The notes under the pieces were generated by a model, which was not told the DNA's origin, did not search any database, and saw only the letters and a list, made by a program, of their open reading frames with translations. DNA of 64,000 bases. Origin: an uncultured Bdellovibrionales bacterium. Lineage in GTDB: Bacteria; Patescibacteriota; Minisyncoccia; Moranbacterales; UBA1568. Positions 8,335-17,487 of this stretch are shown in pieces; positions within the stretch are counted from its first letter, which is position 1; every line of letters starts with the position of its first letter. The translations under genes were made by a program, and so were the position numbers. The stretch covers positions 4,110-68,109 of the forward strand of contig CAZGXN010000001.1 of NCBI GenBank assembly GCA_964530135.1, read 5' to 3'.

Positions 8335-9978
8335 TTGAAGCAATCTATGTCCGAAACCTTCTACCGCAAATACCGACCCCTCCAGTTTAAAGACATCATC
8401 GGCCAAGAAACCGCTGTCGCAGTTTTAACCCAAAGTCTCATCACGAGGAAGATTGCCCATGCCTATCTCCTCACTGGGTCACGCGGAACAGGCAAGACAA
8501 CCCTCGCCCGACTCTTTGCCAAAGCGCTGAACTGTTCGGAGCGTACAGGGGTTGAACCCTGTGGACACTGCCCACACTGTCTCGCTCTCGCTGATGGCCG
8601 CTCTCTCGATGTCATCGAGATCGATGCCGCCTCCCACACCGGCGTCGATAATATCCGTGAGCTGCGTGAAACAATCGCGAGTGCGCCAGTAATCGGAACC
8701 TATAAAATCTATATTATCGATGAAGCGCATATGCTCTCCATCGGGGCTTGGAATGCCCTCTTGAAAACACTTGAGGAGCCGCCCGCCCACGCCGTCTTTA
8801 TCCTGGCCACAACGAATGTAGCCAAAGTTCCCGAAACTATTCTCTCACGGACTCTTCGCCTTGATCTCCGCCGCTTTCCGGTTGAGCTGATCGTTACCAA
8901 ACTTGAAAAGATTGCACGGGCCGAAAAATTAAAGATCGACAAAGAAGCCCTCACCCTCATCGCGCGCACCGCTCAAGGTGGTATGCGCGATGCTGAAGTG
9001 CTATTCACACAGATCGCAACACTCGAGGCATCCCCCATCGATGCGGCCCGCGTCGCCCTCCTCCTCGGGACAACAACGCTCGCGGCCAATCACACACTCC
9101 TCACCGCGATCGCCGAGCGCGACCTCACTCGCGCTTTCACCACCATCGCCGAATTGAAAGACACTGGTGCCCAACTCGCGGGTTTCACTCTGTCGCTCCT
9201 CGAATACTGTCGAAAACTCCTCTTCGCCTCAGTGGACCGAGATACGGCCAACAAACTCATCGATGATTTCACACCTGAAGAAAAGTCTGAGCTCTTCGCG
9301 CTCGCCACAGCCCTCGGTTCGGACCGCATTGTCGAATGCCTCGAGCGTTTCCAAGAAGCAGACCGGCTTATCAAGGTCTCGCCCTTGCCCGAGCTCCCGA
9401 TCGAAATCGCAGTCGTCAAGCTTATCCAAAACGATCAACCAAGCGCCACTCACCTCCCTGTAGCTCCAACGATCGCACCCAAAGCCCCCACACCCCATAC
9501 TCCAGCGAACCCAAAACCCACCGCTCCAAAAAAAGTAAAGCCTGACTCAACAAAACAATTCACTTCCCTAGAATCTACTTCTGTTATAGCACCACTGCAG
9601 GAACTAAAGGCGATCACTCCCGATATGACTGTCGATCTGGAACTCGCTCTCCGTCAATGGCAGGCTATCAAGCTGCATGCCCTCCGACTAAACGCTTCGC
9701 TCGGTGTTGCTCTCTCGACGGCGACCCCGATCATCCAGGATCATCGGCTCATACTCCAGGTAAAGTACCCCTTCCATAAAGACCGTCTCACTCAACCAGC
9801 AAACCGATTGACACTCGACCAAGCCTTTGTTACGATTTTGGGGTTTCGTACACCCTGGGGCATCACCACTGAAAAAGAAGCGACTGAGGCGAAGCCAAAA
9901 GTTACCGCTGAACGGCCCGCCGTCATCGACGAAGCGATAGCTATGCTCGGGGGACAGCTCGTTACCGAAACCAATTAG
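8335..9978 (+). CDS. dnaX: DNA polymerase III subunit gamma/tau
   Basis: KYRPLQFKDIIGQE, GSRGTGKTT and the zinc module CGHCPHC are present, followed by clamp-loader motifs. Confidence 0.85.
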   Translation: MKQSMSETFYRKYRPLQFKDIIGQETAVAVLTQSLITRKIAHAYLLTGSRGTGKTTLARLFAKALNCSERTGVEPCGHCPHCLALADGRSLDVIEIDAASHTGVDNIRELRETIASAPVIGTYKIYIIDEAHMLSIGAWNALLKTLEEPPAHAVFILATTNVAKVPETILSRTLRLDLRRFPVELIVTKLEKIARAEKLKIDKEALTLIARTAQGGMRDAEVLFTQIATLEASPIDAARVALLLGTTTLAANHTLLTAIAERDLTRAFTTIAELKDTGAQLAGFTLSLLEYCRKLLFASVDRDTANKLIDDFTPEEKSELFALATALGSDRIVECLERFQEADRLIKVSPLPELPIEIAVVKLIQNDQPSATHLPVAPTIAPKAPTPHTPANPKPTAPKKVKPDSTKQFTSLESTSVIAPLQELKAITPDMTVDLELALRQWQAIKLHALRLNASLGVALSTATPIIQDHRLILQVKYPFHKDRLTQPANRLTLDQAFVTILGFRTPWGITTEKEATEAKPKVTAERPAVIDEAIAMLGGQLVTETN

Positions 9979-9983
9979 TCTCT

Positions 9984-10055
9984 TGGGGAGTAGCCAAGCG
10001 GTAAGGCAGGGGCCTTTGAAGCCTCCATGCGATGGTTCGATCCCATCCTCCCCAG
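9984..10055 (+). tRNA. tRNA-Gln (anticodon TTG)
   Basis: Hand-folded cloverleaf. Acceptor tggggag/ctcccca, D-arm gcc..ggc, anticodon stem ggggc/gcctc with loop ctTTGaa, T-arm gatgg-ttcgatc-ccatc. It is near-identical to the E. coli tRNA-Gln 5' half. CCA is not encoded. Confidence 0.85.
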
Positions 10056-10058
10056 CTA
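10041..10058 (+). repeat. direct repeat copy 1 (tcccatcctccccagcta), the 3' end of tRNA-Gln
   Basis: Exact 18-bp match to 10825-10842. Confidence 0.8.
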
Positions 10059-10334
10059 AAGCGAAAGAGTTGTCCTTTTGGGCAGCTTTTTGGTTTTAAT
10101 GTAGGATGATATGGGAGCAAACGGTAAAGGGGGTCGGGAAAGTGGGGGGTTTTCCCGTAGCGGAGAGCAACGAGTTCCGAGTGTTGAGAACCGATGGGTT
10201 CTCAAAGAGCGAAGCGATTGAGATTCCCATCAGCCCTAGCATTGGATCTTTAGAGTGCTACTTAGTAAATAGATAAGCTTCCACAGCGTCCCAGCGGCTC
10301 AATAAATATATTTTAAGTTTAAAATACTACTGTT

Positions 10335-10811
10335 ATGGCTCACCTAAATTATTATGTCGATCTTTGTACGAATGCATACATTGTGAATAATGGTGCAGTA
10401 CTTTTACGTTTACACGAGAAGTATAATTTTTGGATTGCTCCGGGCGGTCATGTAGACCCAGGAGAAGATGTCAACCAAGCAGCACTTCGAGAAGTCTGGG
10501 AAGAAGTTGGTTTGAAGGTGGAATTAGTCGGACCAAGTACATGGATCAAGCAGGACTTTGACATCAATAAAGATTTGGTACCGCCAATCTTTGTGAATAG
10601 ACACTCAATCAATGAGCACCACGATCACTCCTCTTTTATTTTTGTTGCAAAGTCGGACAGTCGTGAAATTAACCCACAAGAAGAAGCCAGTAAAAATGCC
10701 GAGTGTGTTTGGGTAACTCAAGAAGAATTAGATCAAATGCACAGAGACGACAGTCGTCTGCGTAAGGATGTATATCGCTATGCGTCTATGGCTCTTGAAC
10801 TCATCAAATAG
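10335..10811 (+). CDS. NUDIX hydrolase
   Basis: Nudix box GGHVDPGEDVNQAALREVWEEVGL. AT-rich codon usage. Confidence 0.75.
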   Translation: MAHLNYYVDLCTNAYIVNNGAVLLRLHEKYNFWIAPGGHVDPGEDVNQAALREVWEEVGLKVELVGPSTWIKQDFDINKDLVPPIFVNRHSINEHHDHSSFIFVAKSDSREINPQEEASKNAECVWVTQEELDQMHRDDSRLRKDVYRYASMALELIK

Positions 10812-10824
10812 ATTCCCACTTGCG

Positions 10825-10842
10825 TCCCATCCTCCCCAGCTA
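10825..10842 (+). repeat. direct repeat copy 2 (tcccatcctccccagcta)
   Basis: Exact copy of the tRNA-Gln 3' end. It lies 3 nt upstream of the hydrolase ATG at 10846. Confidence 0.8.
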
Positions 10843-10845
10843 TTT

Positions 10846-11522
10846 ATGAATCCCTCTCGCCAACATGTCATCATTTACTCCCACGGTTTCGGTGTCGAGC
10901 GCGATGCCCGCGGAATGTTTACGGAAACTTCAGCCGCCTTTCCTGACGCCGAAAACATCTTGTTTGATTACAATATTCCAAATCGGACGGAAAATTCGAT
11001 CATGGTCCGGCCACTGAGTGAGCAAAAGGATATCCTCCTCGCCGAGTTAGCTCGCGTGAAAGAACGATCGCCTGCAGCTATGATCGACATCGTCGCCCAC
11101 TCACTAGGTTGCGTCGTCGTCGCGCTTGCAGAGCCCCTAGGCATACGCAAAACCATCTTCTTGGCTCCGCCACTTGAAATGAGTTCTGCTTCACTCAAAT
11201 TCAAACGATTCACCGATCGCCCTGATTCCATTATCAATCCCGATGGGATATCTCGTCTCGCCCGAAGCGATGGTAGCATGACGCTCGTCCCAGCCGAATT
11301 CTGGAAAGAACGTGAGACGATTGACCTGTTGCGCTCTTCAATGCCTATTCGGCATATATCGAGCTTACTCTCATCCGAGCGAAGAATGATACGGTCGTCA
11401 GTACCCGCGATTTCCCTGCTCTCTCGTCGCGCATCAACAGCATCAGTCTTGCTGGCGACCATGATTTCCGATTCGAATCAAGAGCTGGTCTTATTAAAAA
11501 AATGAAGGAACTGCTCCAATAA
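10846..11522 (+). pseudogene. alpha/beta-hydrolase-fold serine hydrolase carrying a frameshift near 11320-11343 (authentic pseudogene or sequencing indel)
   Basis: MNPSRQHVIIYSHGFGV...VAHSLGCVV (GxSxG-type nucleophile elbow). The annotated frame degenerates into S/L-rich low complexity after ~11340. Shifting one frame restores a protein-like AYSAYIELTLIRAKNDTVVSTRDFPALSSRINSISLAGDHDF...KKMKELLQ that ends at 11522. Confidence 0.5.
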
Positions 11523-11986
11523 AAAAGAGCCGCATCAATCGACACGGCACCCAGTCTGCGGGTCAAAGCCCAAATACTTCGCGAGATGACGGAATGTTGG
11601 AAATTCTTCCCGATTCCAATGACCAAGCTTGTATTCTTTTTTTGAATGGCGAGAAACTTCTTCTTAGCTGCGGTGGCAGCTTCCCAGATGAGCATCGAAT
11701 GATGCAACCACTTCACCTGTAACACACGGGGTGGGCAATGAGGGTGTTTCATCTGGCGACAGTCGTAACGCACGAGATAGACGAGACAGTCTTCCCCTGT
11801 AACACCAGCATCAACAACATGCTGCACCACCCAGAGCTGATCATTGGGACGCTCAACCCAAACCTGGTTCGGTATCGGAAAGACTTTCGTCCCCCGACTG
11901 AGGTCCGTCTCTGGATGGCCTTCGGGCCGCTCCCCTTTGAGTCTCCGCAGTCGATACGGCCGCAGTTTCCCTGGCACTCTCTTCAT
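11345..11986 (-). CDS. hypothetical protein. Only the N-terminal ~155 aa (11523-11986) look genuine. The 3' part overlaps the hydrolase.
   Basis: MKRVPGKLRPYRLRRLKGERPEGH...LVYLVRYDCRQMKHPHCPP is protein-like. The overlap portion is low-complexity. Confidence 0.3.
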   Translation of the reverse strand: MKRVPGKLRPYRLRRLKGERPEGHPETDLSRGTKVFPIPNQVWVERPNDQLWVVQHVVDAGVTGEDCLVYLVRYDCRQMKHPHCPPRVLQVKWLHHSMLIWEAATAAKKKFLAIQKKNTSLVIGIGKNFQHSVISRSIWALTRRLGAVSIDAALFYWSSSFIFLIRPALDSNRKSWSPARLMLLMRDERAGKSRVLTTVSFFARMRVSSIYAE

Positions 11987-12073
11987 GGTTCACCTCTTTT
12001 GGTAAGTTGCAGTGTCCCTGTTATAGCTTTTTTCTCTCTACCAGTCAACATAACAAGAGGTATGTTATCCTGA

Positions 12074-12703
12074 GTGAGTATGAAAAAAACTATCATTTTT
12101 GATCTCGACGGCACAGTTGCTGATTCCGAGTCAATGTTTTTCGATATTGTAAATGAGCTCGCCCCCCGTTTTGGCTATGCTGCCATCACCGTTGATACAT
12201 CCGACGAGTTAAAGCAACTACATCTCAGGGACTTTCTCCTCCACCGGCTCGGCTGGCGTATCGTGCTGCTCCCACTCATCCTGCACGCCGGTCGAGCACG
12301 CTATCACGCCCGCGCGCATGAAGTATCAGTTTTCTCGGGGACAAAAGAAATTTTTGCAACACTCCGCGAGCACGGTTGTCGGATCGGGATGGTTTCATCA
12401 AGCGAGGAACGCACGATCCAGACTATCCTTGCAGCCAACGGTCTCACGGTTGACTTCATCGCTCATAGCAATCTTTTTGGTAAAGCGCAGGCCCTGAAAA
12501 GAACGCTCCGTGAACAATCACTCACCGCCACAGACACCCTGTATGTCGGCGATGAGGTACGGGATGTCGAAGCCTGCCAGAAAGCCGGTATAAAAATCAT
12601 CGCCGTTACTTGGGGGCTCAACTCAAAAGCTGCGCTCCAAAAAGCCGGAGCTGAAACCGTCGACACCCGAGAAGCATTACTCGCGCGATTACTCACAGAA
12701 TAG
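12074..12703 (+). CDS. HAD-superfamily hydrolase (phosphoglycolate-phosphatase-like)
   Basis: The IIFDLDGTVADSE motif I and the YVGDEVRDVEAC motif IV region are present. Confidence 0.8.
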   Translation: MSMKKTIIFDLDGTVADSESMFFDIVNELAPRFGYAAITVDTSDELKQLHLRDFLLHRLGWRIVLLPLILHAGRARYHARAHEVSVFSGTKEIFATLREHGCRIGMVSSSEERTIQTILAANGLTVDFIAHSNLFGKAQALKRTLREQSLTATDTLYVGDEVRDVEACQKAGIKIIAVTWGLNSKAALQKAGAETVDTREALLARLLTE

Positions 12704-12724
12704 CCGAAGGAACCGATGAGGCCT

Positions 12725-13078
12725 TTACCAATTCTTCCCATCAAACGGTGTCAGCGTGAGTTTTGAAATATCTACACCACTGAGCGTTCGGACATTGAGA
12801 GCGACTGTCTCCGTGCCCGTGGCTGGGTCCTTCCCCTTTCCAAACGGCTCTACACCACAAATACGGCAGAAGAGATGAGCGATGAATTTTTTATTGAAAC
12901 AGTACTCCGTAAGTTCCGACTCACCGGACAAGAGCTTGAACTGCGCCGCCGGAACAAAGTTTAGAATGAGGCTTTTCACCGCACAGTGCGAGCAATTACA
13001 CTCCAAAATCGAACCTAAATCACTCTCCACTTCAAAAGTTACGGCCCCACAGTGGCATTTTCCCTGATATTTAGCCAT
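12725..13078 (-). CDS. GFA/CENP-V-family zinc protein (glutathione-dependent formaldehyde-activating-like)
   Basis: The GKCHCGAV...CNCSHC...CRICG cysteine pattern is typical of the GFA domain. Confidence 0.7.
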   Translation of the reverse strand: MAKYQGKCHCGAVTFEVESDLGSILECNCSHCAVKSLILNFVPAAQFKLLSGESELTEYCFNKKFIAHLFCRICGVEPFGKGKDPATGTETVALNVRTLSGVDISKLTLTPFDGKNW

Positions 13079-13233
13079 AGCGTTGTATTATGTGCCCTCA
13101 GCATAGCATATTGAGACTTGATACTAGGACTTGCTTTTTCCCTGGAAACCTGTTAGGATAGGCATATAGAAGTCGAGGAATATAGTCGAGTTTCCCGCAT
13201 TCTAGATTAATTGAAATTTAGAGCAGCACCATT

Positions 13234-13431
13234 ATGACTGGTACTATCAAGACGCTCACGGATCGTGGATTCGGTTTCATCGCTCGCGAAGGCGAGACGA
13301 AGGACCTGTTCTTCCACTCCAAAGAGCTCTCCGGTGTAACATTCGATGAGCTCAAAGTTGGCGACACTGTCAGCTTTGAAGTCGTTGATGGCGAAAAAGG
13401 TCCGGCCGCGGTCAATGTGACTCGCGCCTAA
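13234..13431 (+). CDS. cold-shock protein (CspA family)
   Basis: MTGTIKTLTDRGFGFIAREGETKDLFFH contains the RNP1/RNP2 motifs. 65 aa. Confidence 0.9.
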   Translation: MTGTIKTLTDRGFGFIAREGETKDLFFHSKELSGVTFDELKVGDTVSFEVVDGEKGPAAVNVTRA

Positions 13432-13450
13432 GGCGTCTTTCCCCAAGTAA

Positions 13451-13486
13451 AAACCGCCCCCAGAGAAATCGAAGGGCGGTTTTTGT
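13451..13486 (+). terminator. Rho-independent terminator after csp
   Basis: aaaccgccc(ccagagaaatcgaa)gggcggttttt. Confidence 0.75.
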
Positions 13487-13768
13487 TATCCAAAAAATAG
13501 TAGTCTGAAGTACGACATCATCAATAAACCAGACTATCGCTCCCCAGGGATAATTAGAGGGAACACTGCCAGAAATGACTCCGTGTTGAAAAATATTCCT
13601 CCCTGAAAATTGTCGGATTGATCAACTAACACCTAAAAACACCGTACAACTACTCCGAATCCTTATACACTCGAACATGAACCTGCGCCCGCATTGAACC
13701 CCCGCTGTAGAGAGGTGCCCTTTTGGATGTTTTCACAAAAGAGGAGGTGAGTGATCTGTCAAAAAGAA

Positions 13769-15355
13769 TTAGAGATCATTGCCTGAATAGGAAAGATTGA
13801 AGCTCTTATTGATCAATGGAAAATCCGGCACCATATCACTCGTTACAAGATATGGAAAAACCGGCCAATTCAAGAAAGATGGGTCCCGCACCTTCACGCG
13901 TGTAACCGCGCCGACAGAATCCGTAGCAATGAAGTAAACAATATCCCCGCGCCAACCTTCGACGAGACCAACTGCATGCGCATTGGGCGTGAGCGAATTG
14001 ACTGTGGCAGCAATGGGTCCATTCTTTGAAGCCTCTTGTTCAATCGCTTGATGCAAGATTTTGAAAGATTGGTACACTTCGCGCTCCCGAATCTTGTATC
14101 GAGCAAAGACATCGCCAGCCGTCTCAGTAGGGACAGAAAATTGAATCCTCTCATACGCCGCATATGAAAAGTCTGTCCGCGCATCGGCTTTGATACCGAT
14201 GGCCCGTGCGCCGATCCCCACAATCCCATGATCTATCCCAATAGAACGTTCTATTCGACCCGTGTTTTGAAGTCGATTGAGCAGTGAGAGGCTTTCCGAC
14301 ACTGCCTCCATTATTTCCCGAAAATCCTGTTCGAGATCCATACTATCTGCCTTGAGAGCTATTAGTTGGTCATTGGAGATATCCTGTGTCAATCCGCCTG
14401 GGAGGAGCATGCCCCGCAGAAAACGGTGGCCGGTGAGTCGCTCGTTCCATTCCATTACTCGTTCACGAAGACGCGTCCCTTGACTCCCCCCAAATGCGAG
14501 GCCCGTGTCAAGCATGATAAACGCAAGATCATTGAAATGATTGGCTAATCGTTCGAGCTCAGCGAGTATTGTCCGGAGATAGATCGCCCGCCGAGGTACT
14601 TCCACTGATGCGAGCGTCTCAATAGCCTGACAATAAGCCAGGGCATGATGAAATGAACTATCACCTGAAATGCGTTCCGCTAATGCCACTCGTTTTTCAG
14701 ATGAGAGCACTTCAAAAAGTTTTTCCGTTCCTTTGTGGACATAACCCAGGCGTGATTCGAGACGGAGGATCTCTTCACCCAGGACACTGAAACGAAAGTG
14801 CCCGGGCTCAATAATGCCAGCATGGACGGGACCGACGGGTATTTCATACACCCCTTCGCCCTCATAGCGCTTGAAAGTCGCCCATTCCTTTTCCTGAGGC
14901 TCAGTGATCACCGTGTTCCACTGAAACTCTTTCCTGAGCGGATAGATATCTTTGGGAAAATTTTCAGCATGGAGAGTTATCCGTTCTGGTTGAGGGTGTC
15001 CATCTGGATTAAGCCCAAAAAAAGTCAAAATCTCGCGCTCATACATGGCAAATTCTTGGTCTTCGGGCGTGAGTGAAGGAAATGAAGGCTTGTCAGCATC
15101 CACTGTGAGGTATGGTATAAGAAAACAATTTTCCTTTGGCACACCAAAGACATAGTAGATTCGAAAATTCCTGTTACTTGCTCGCTCATCGGTAGCAGAA
15201 ACTGTTTTGAGCGGGAGACTGTGTGTTTTCTTCAAAGTACGGATAACTTGAGGAAGAGCCTCTGCAGATACCTCAAATAACACCCGATTTCCTTCGACTG
15301 TTGGGTTGGGAATATCGAGACCAAAACGCTGGAATACGCGGAGTGAGTCAATCAT
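13769..15355 (-). CDS. NuoC-NuoD / [NiFe]-hydrogenase large-subunit-like protein (Ehr-type) lacking both Ni-Fe cysteine motifs
   Basis: An N-terminal 30-kDa (NuoC-like) domain is fused to a NuoD/HycE-like domain. Where RxCGxCxxxH is expected it reads RISGDSSFHHALAYCQAIE. The C-terminus is SFNLSYSGNDL with no DPCxxC motif. Confidence 0.8.
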   Translation of the reverse strand: MIDSLRVFQRFGLDIPNPTVEGNRVLFEVSAEALPQVIRTLKKTHSLPLKTVSATDERASNRNFRIYYVFGVPKENCFLIPYLTVDADKPSFPSLTPEDQEFAMYEREILTFFGLNPDGHPQPERITLHAENFPKDIYPLRKEFQWNTVITEPQEKEWATFKRYEGEGVYEIPVGPVHAGIIEPGHFRFSVLGEEILRLESRLGYVHKGTEKLFEVLSSEKRVALAERISGDSSFHHALAYCQAIETLASVEVPRRAIYLRTILAELERLANHFNDLAFIMLDTGLAFGGSQGTRLRERVMEWNERLTGHRFLRGMLLPGGLTQDISNDQLIALKADSMDLEQDFREIMEAVSESLSLLNRLQNTGRIERSIGIDHGIVGIGARAIGIKADARTDFSYAAYERIQFSVPTETAGDVFARYKIREREVYQSFKILHQAIEQEASKNGPIAATVNSLTPNAHAVGLVEGWRGDIVYFIATDSVGAVTRVKVRDPSFLNWPVFPYLVTSDMVPDFPLINKSFNLSYSGNDL

Positions 15356-15360
15356 ATAAT

Positions 15361-16812
15361 TTAGTCAGTGAGATCTTGACGAATAGATTCGAGGAGTGCT
15401 GAGAGTGGCTCAGGGAGATGCCAGCTAAGGACAAGCAGGGTCACAAGAATTAGTACTGCTGGGAGCTGTGTGAGGAAAGAACTCTCTCCGCGTTCGATCC
15501 CCTCCGACACCGACCCATACATCAAAGCGGTTACGAAACGGAGGAGTCCAAAAAACATGATACTGAGTGCTCCAAGGAGTGCCACTGCAAGCCAAGGTGA
15601 AAACTGAATGGCAGCTGAAAGGATAAGAAACTTCGTCGTGAAAAGCGCGAAGGGTGGCAGTCCAGCGAGGATAAGGATACCAACGAAGAAAAGTGGCCCA
15701 GAAAGTGGGAGCGCTGTGAGGACACCCCTGACATTCTTGAGCTTGGTCGAACTGTAACAAAGGAAAATGTTGCCCGCGAGCAGGAAAAGCATCGACTTGA
15801 TCAGCGCATGATAGAGCATATGGAAAAGGCTCGCGAGAATTCCAACACCTCCTAAACCAAAACCAAGAGTGATGAGGCCCATATGCTCAATGCTTGAATA
15901 CGCCAACAAACGCTTGTAATTCTTCTGGATAAATATAATGAAGGCTGCAAGGAAAATTGAGAGTATCCCGAAAAAAATAAAGAGGCTACTGGTAAAGTGA
16001 GCATCGTCACCCAGGGCAATATCTGTAACCAACTTCCACCGCAACACTGCAAAAAGCGCGACATTGAGGAGTACGCCTGACAAAAGGGCTGAGATCGGCG
16101 AAGGTGCTTTGCTGTGCGCATCTGGAAGCCAAGTATGGAGAGGTGCCAGACCAATCTTGGTCCCATAACCGATAAATACTAAAACAAAGGCAATTTTGAC
16201 GGCTCCTGATGGCAATGTTCCTGCCGCCGCAATAAAACCAGCCCAATCAGTCGCACTCGAACGCTCGCCCTGAAGCGCGATAAAAATAAGTGTCCCCAAG
16301 AGACCAATCAGAAGACCGAGTGCATTGATGATGAGGTATTTCCAGGCAGCCTCGGTCGCACTGGGCTTATTATAAAAACTGATAAGAAAGACTGTTGCTA
16401 GCGTCGTGGCTTCAATAGCGATCCAGGTAACGATTGGATTTGTGGTTGAAACGGCCAGATACATGGCAAAAAGAAACAGCTCCAACAAAACAAAAAACTG
16501 ACGCACCCGGCGTGGTCCAATGATCCCCTTGGCTACCTCAGCGCGAAGATACCCCACTGAATAGAGTGAGACAAAAAAACCAACCAACGCGATCAAGAGT
16601 ACGAGGTACACTGATAAATTATCCAGTGCCAGGCCGCCCGGGTGAATTGTCGGCGTGTTCGCTGACGGCGAAATCACGAGTCGAACAGCGAGTGTGAGTG
16701 CAATACCCGCGGCCGCAATAACACTTCCTTCTATGAGACGAATTTTCTTTGCTGGTAAAAGAAATACAAAGAGGGCAATCAATGCAGGGAGGAAGTTCAG
16801 GATAAATATCAT
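15361..16812 (-). CDS. NuoM/NuoN/MrpD-like antiporter-type membrane subunit
   Basis: Polytopic membrane protein carrying GLAPLHTWLPDAHSKAPSPISALLSG, the conserved motif of the NuoL/M/N-MrpA/D-HyfB/F family. Confidence 0.8.
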   Translation of the reverse strand: MIFILNFLPALIALFVFLLPAKKIRLIEGSVIAAAGIALTLAVRLVISPSANTPTIHPGGLALDNLSVYLVLLIALVGFFVSLYSVGYLRAEVAKGIIGPRRVRQFFVLLELFLFAMYLAVSTTNPIVTWIAIEATTLATVFLISFYNKPSATEAAWKYLIINALGLLIGLLGTLIFIALQGERSSATDWAGFIAAAGTLPSGAVKIAFVLVFIGYGTKIGLAPLHTWLPDAHSKAPSPISALLSGVLLNVALFAVLRWKLVTDIALGDDAHFTSSLFIFFGILSIFLAAFIIFIQKNYKRLLAYSSIEHMGLITLGFGLGGVGILASLFHMLYHALIKSMLFLLAGNIFLCYSSTKLKNVRGVLTALPLSGPLFFVGILILAGLPPFALFTTKFLILSAAIQFSPWLAVALLGALSIMFFGLLRFVTALMYGSVSEGIERGESSFLTQLPAVLILVTLLVLSWHLPEPLSALLESIRQDLTD

Positions 16813-16823
16813 ATAAGAGAGGA

Positions 16824-17483
16824 TTAGTCTTCGGTAAGGTGGCGCATCTCACGAGTATCAAGCGATCCAAATTGACGGTACACGAGACTCAAAAATGTAT
16901 AGGCGATCATCATCCAGATAAGAATATCGAAAATGATACCCATCTCAAGTGCGAAGGTCTGCTTCACGCCAAGGAAAACAGCAAAGAGTATGATGCCATT
17001 CTCAAGTGCCAGGACAGCGATAATCTGTGCGAGTGCCCCTTGTCGATTGATAAGGAGAAAGATAGCGATGAGTACCATCGCGATATTGAAGACAAAAACA
17101 TCCGGCGTAACGGATGACACCACCCACAACGAACTAAAGGTTGAGGAAGCTGCAAAGATGATGAGGCCGAGAAGTACAACCAATGTCAGTGGCATCGAGA
17201 GATAACTCGCACTTGCAACGAGATAACCGAAGCGCTGAATGAGACGCGTGAAAAAGTACGGCGCCAGAATCACTTTAGCGATGAGTGTAATACTACCCAC
17301 AGCTATCAAACTGCGTTCCCCTTCTGCTAGACCAAGAAGTATGAGTACGCCCGCCACCGACGCTGACTGCAGCGCATACAGACGAATGGTATACTTTGTG
17401 CTCCGCACCAGATGCAAAAGTACCACTGTGAGAAAAGCCACGAGATTGAGAATAAGTGCAAGATTGAGGAGAGAAGCTTCCAT
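16824..17483 (-). CDS. small polytopic membrane subunit (HyfE/NuoK-like, tentative)
   Basis: 219 aa with ~6 TM helices, embedded in the operon. Its size is similar to hydrogenase-4 component E. Confidence 0.5.
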   Translation of the reverse strand: MEASLLNLALILNLVAFLTVVLLHLVRSTKYTIRLYALQSASVAGVLILLGLAEGERSLIAVGSITLIAKVILAPYFFTRLIQRFGYLVASASYLSMPLTLVVLLGLIIFAASSTFSSLWVVSSVTPDVFVFNIAMVLIAIFLLINRQGALAQIIAVLALENGIILFAVFLGVKQTFALEMGIIFDILIWMMIAYTFLSLVYRQFGSLDTREMRHLTED

Positions 17484-17487
17484 ATAT

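Larger units (their letters stand above)
10041..10842 (+). mobile_element. putative mini genomic islet or remnant integrated at the tRNA-Gln 3' end (att-like 18-bp direct repeats flank an AT-rich NUDIX gene)
   Basis: Exact 18-bp direct repeat of the tRNA 3' end. The enclosed ~780 bp is visibly AT-rich relative to its flanks. No integrase is present. Confidence 0.4.
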
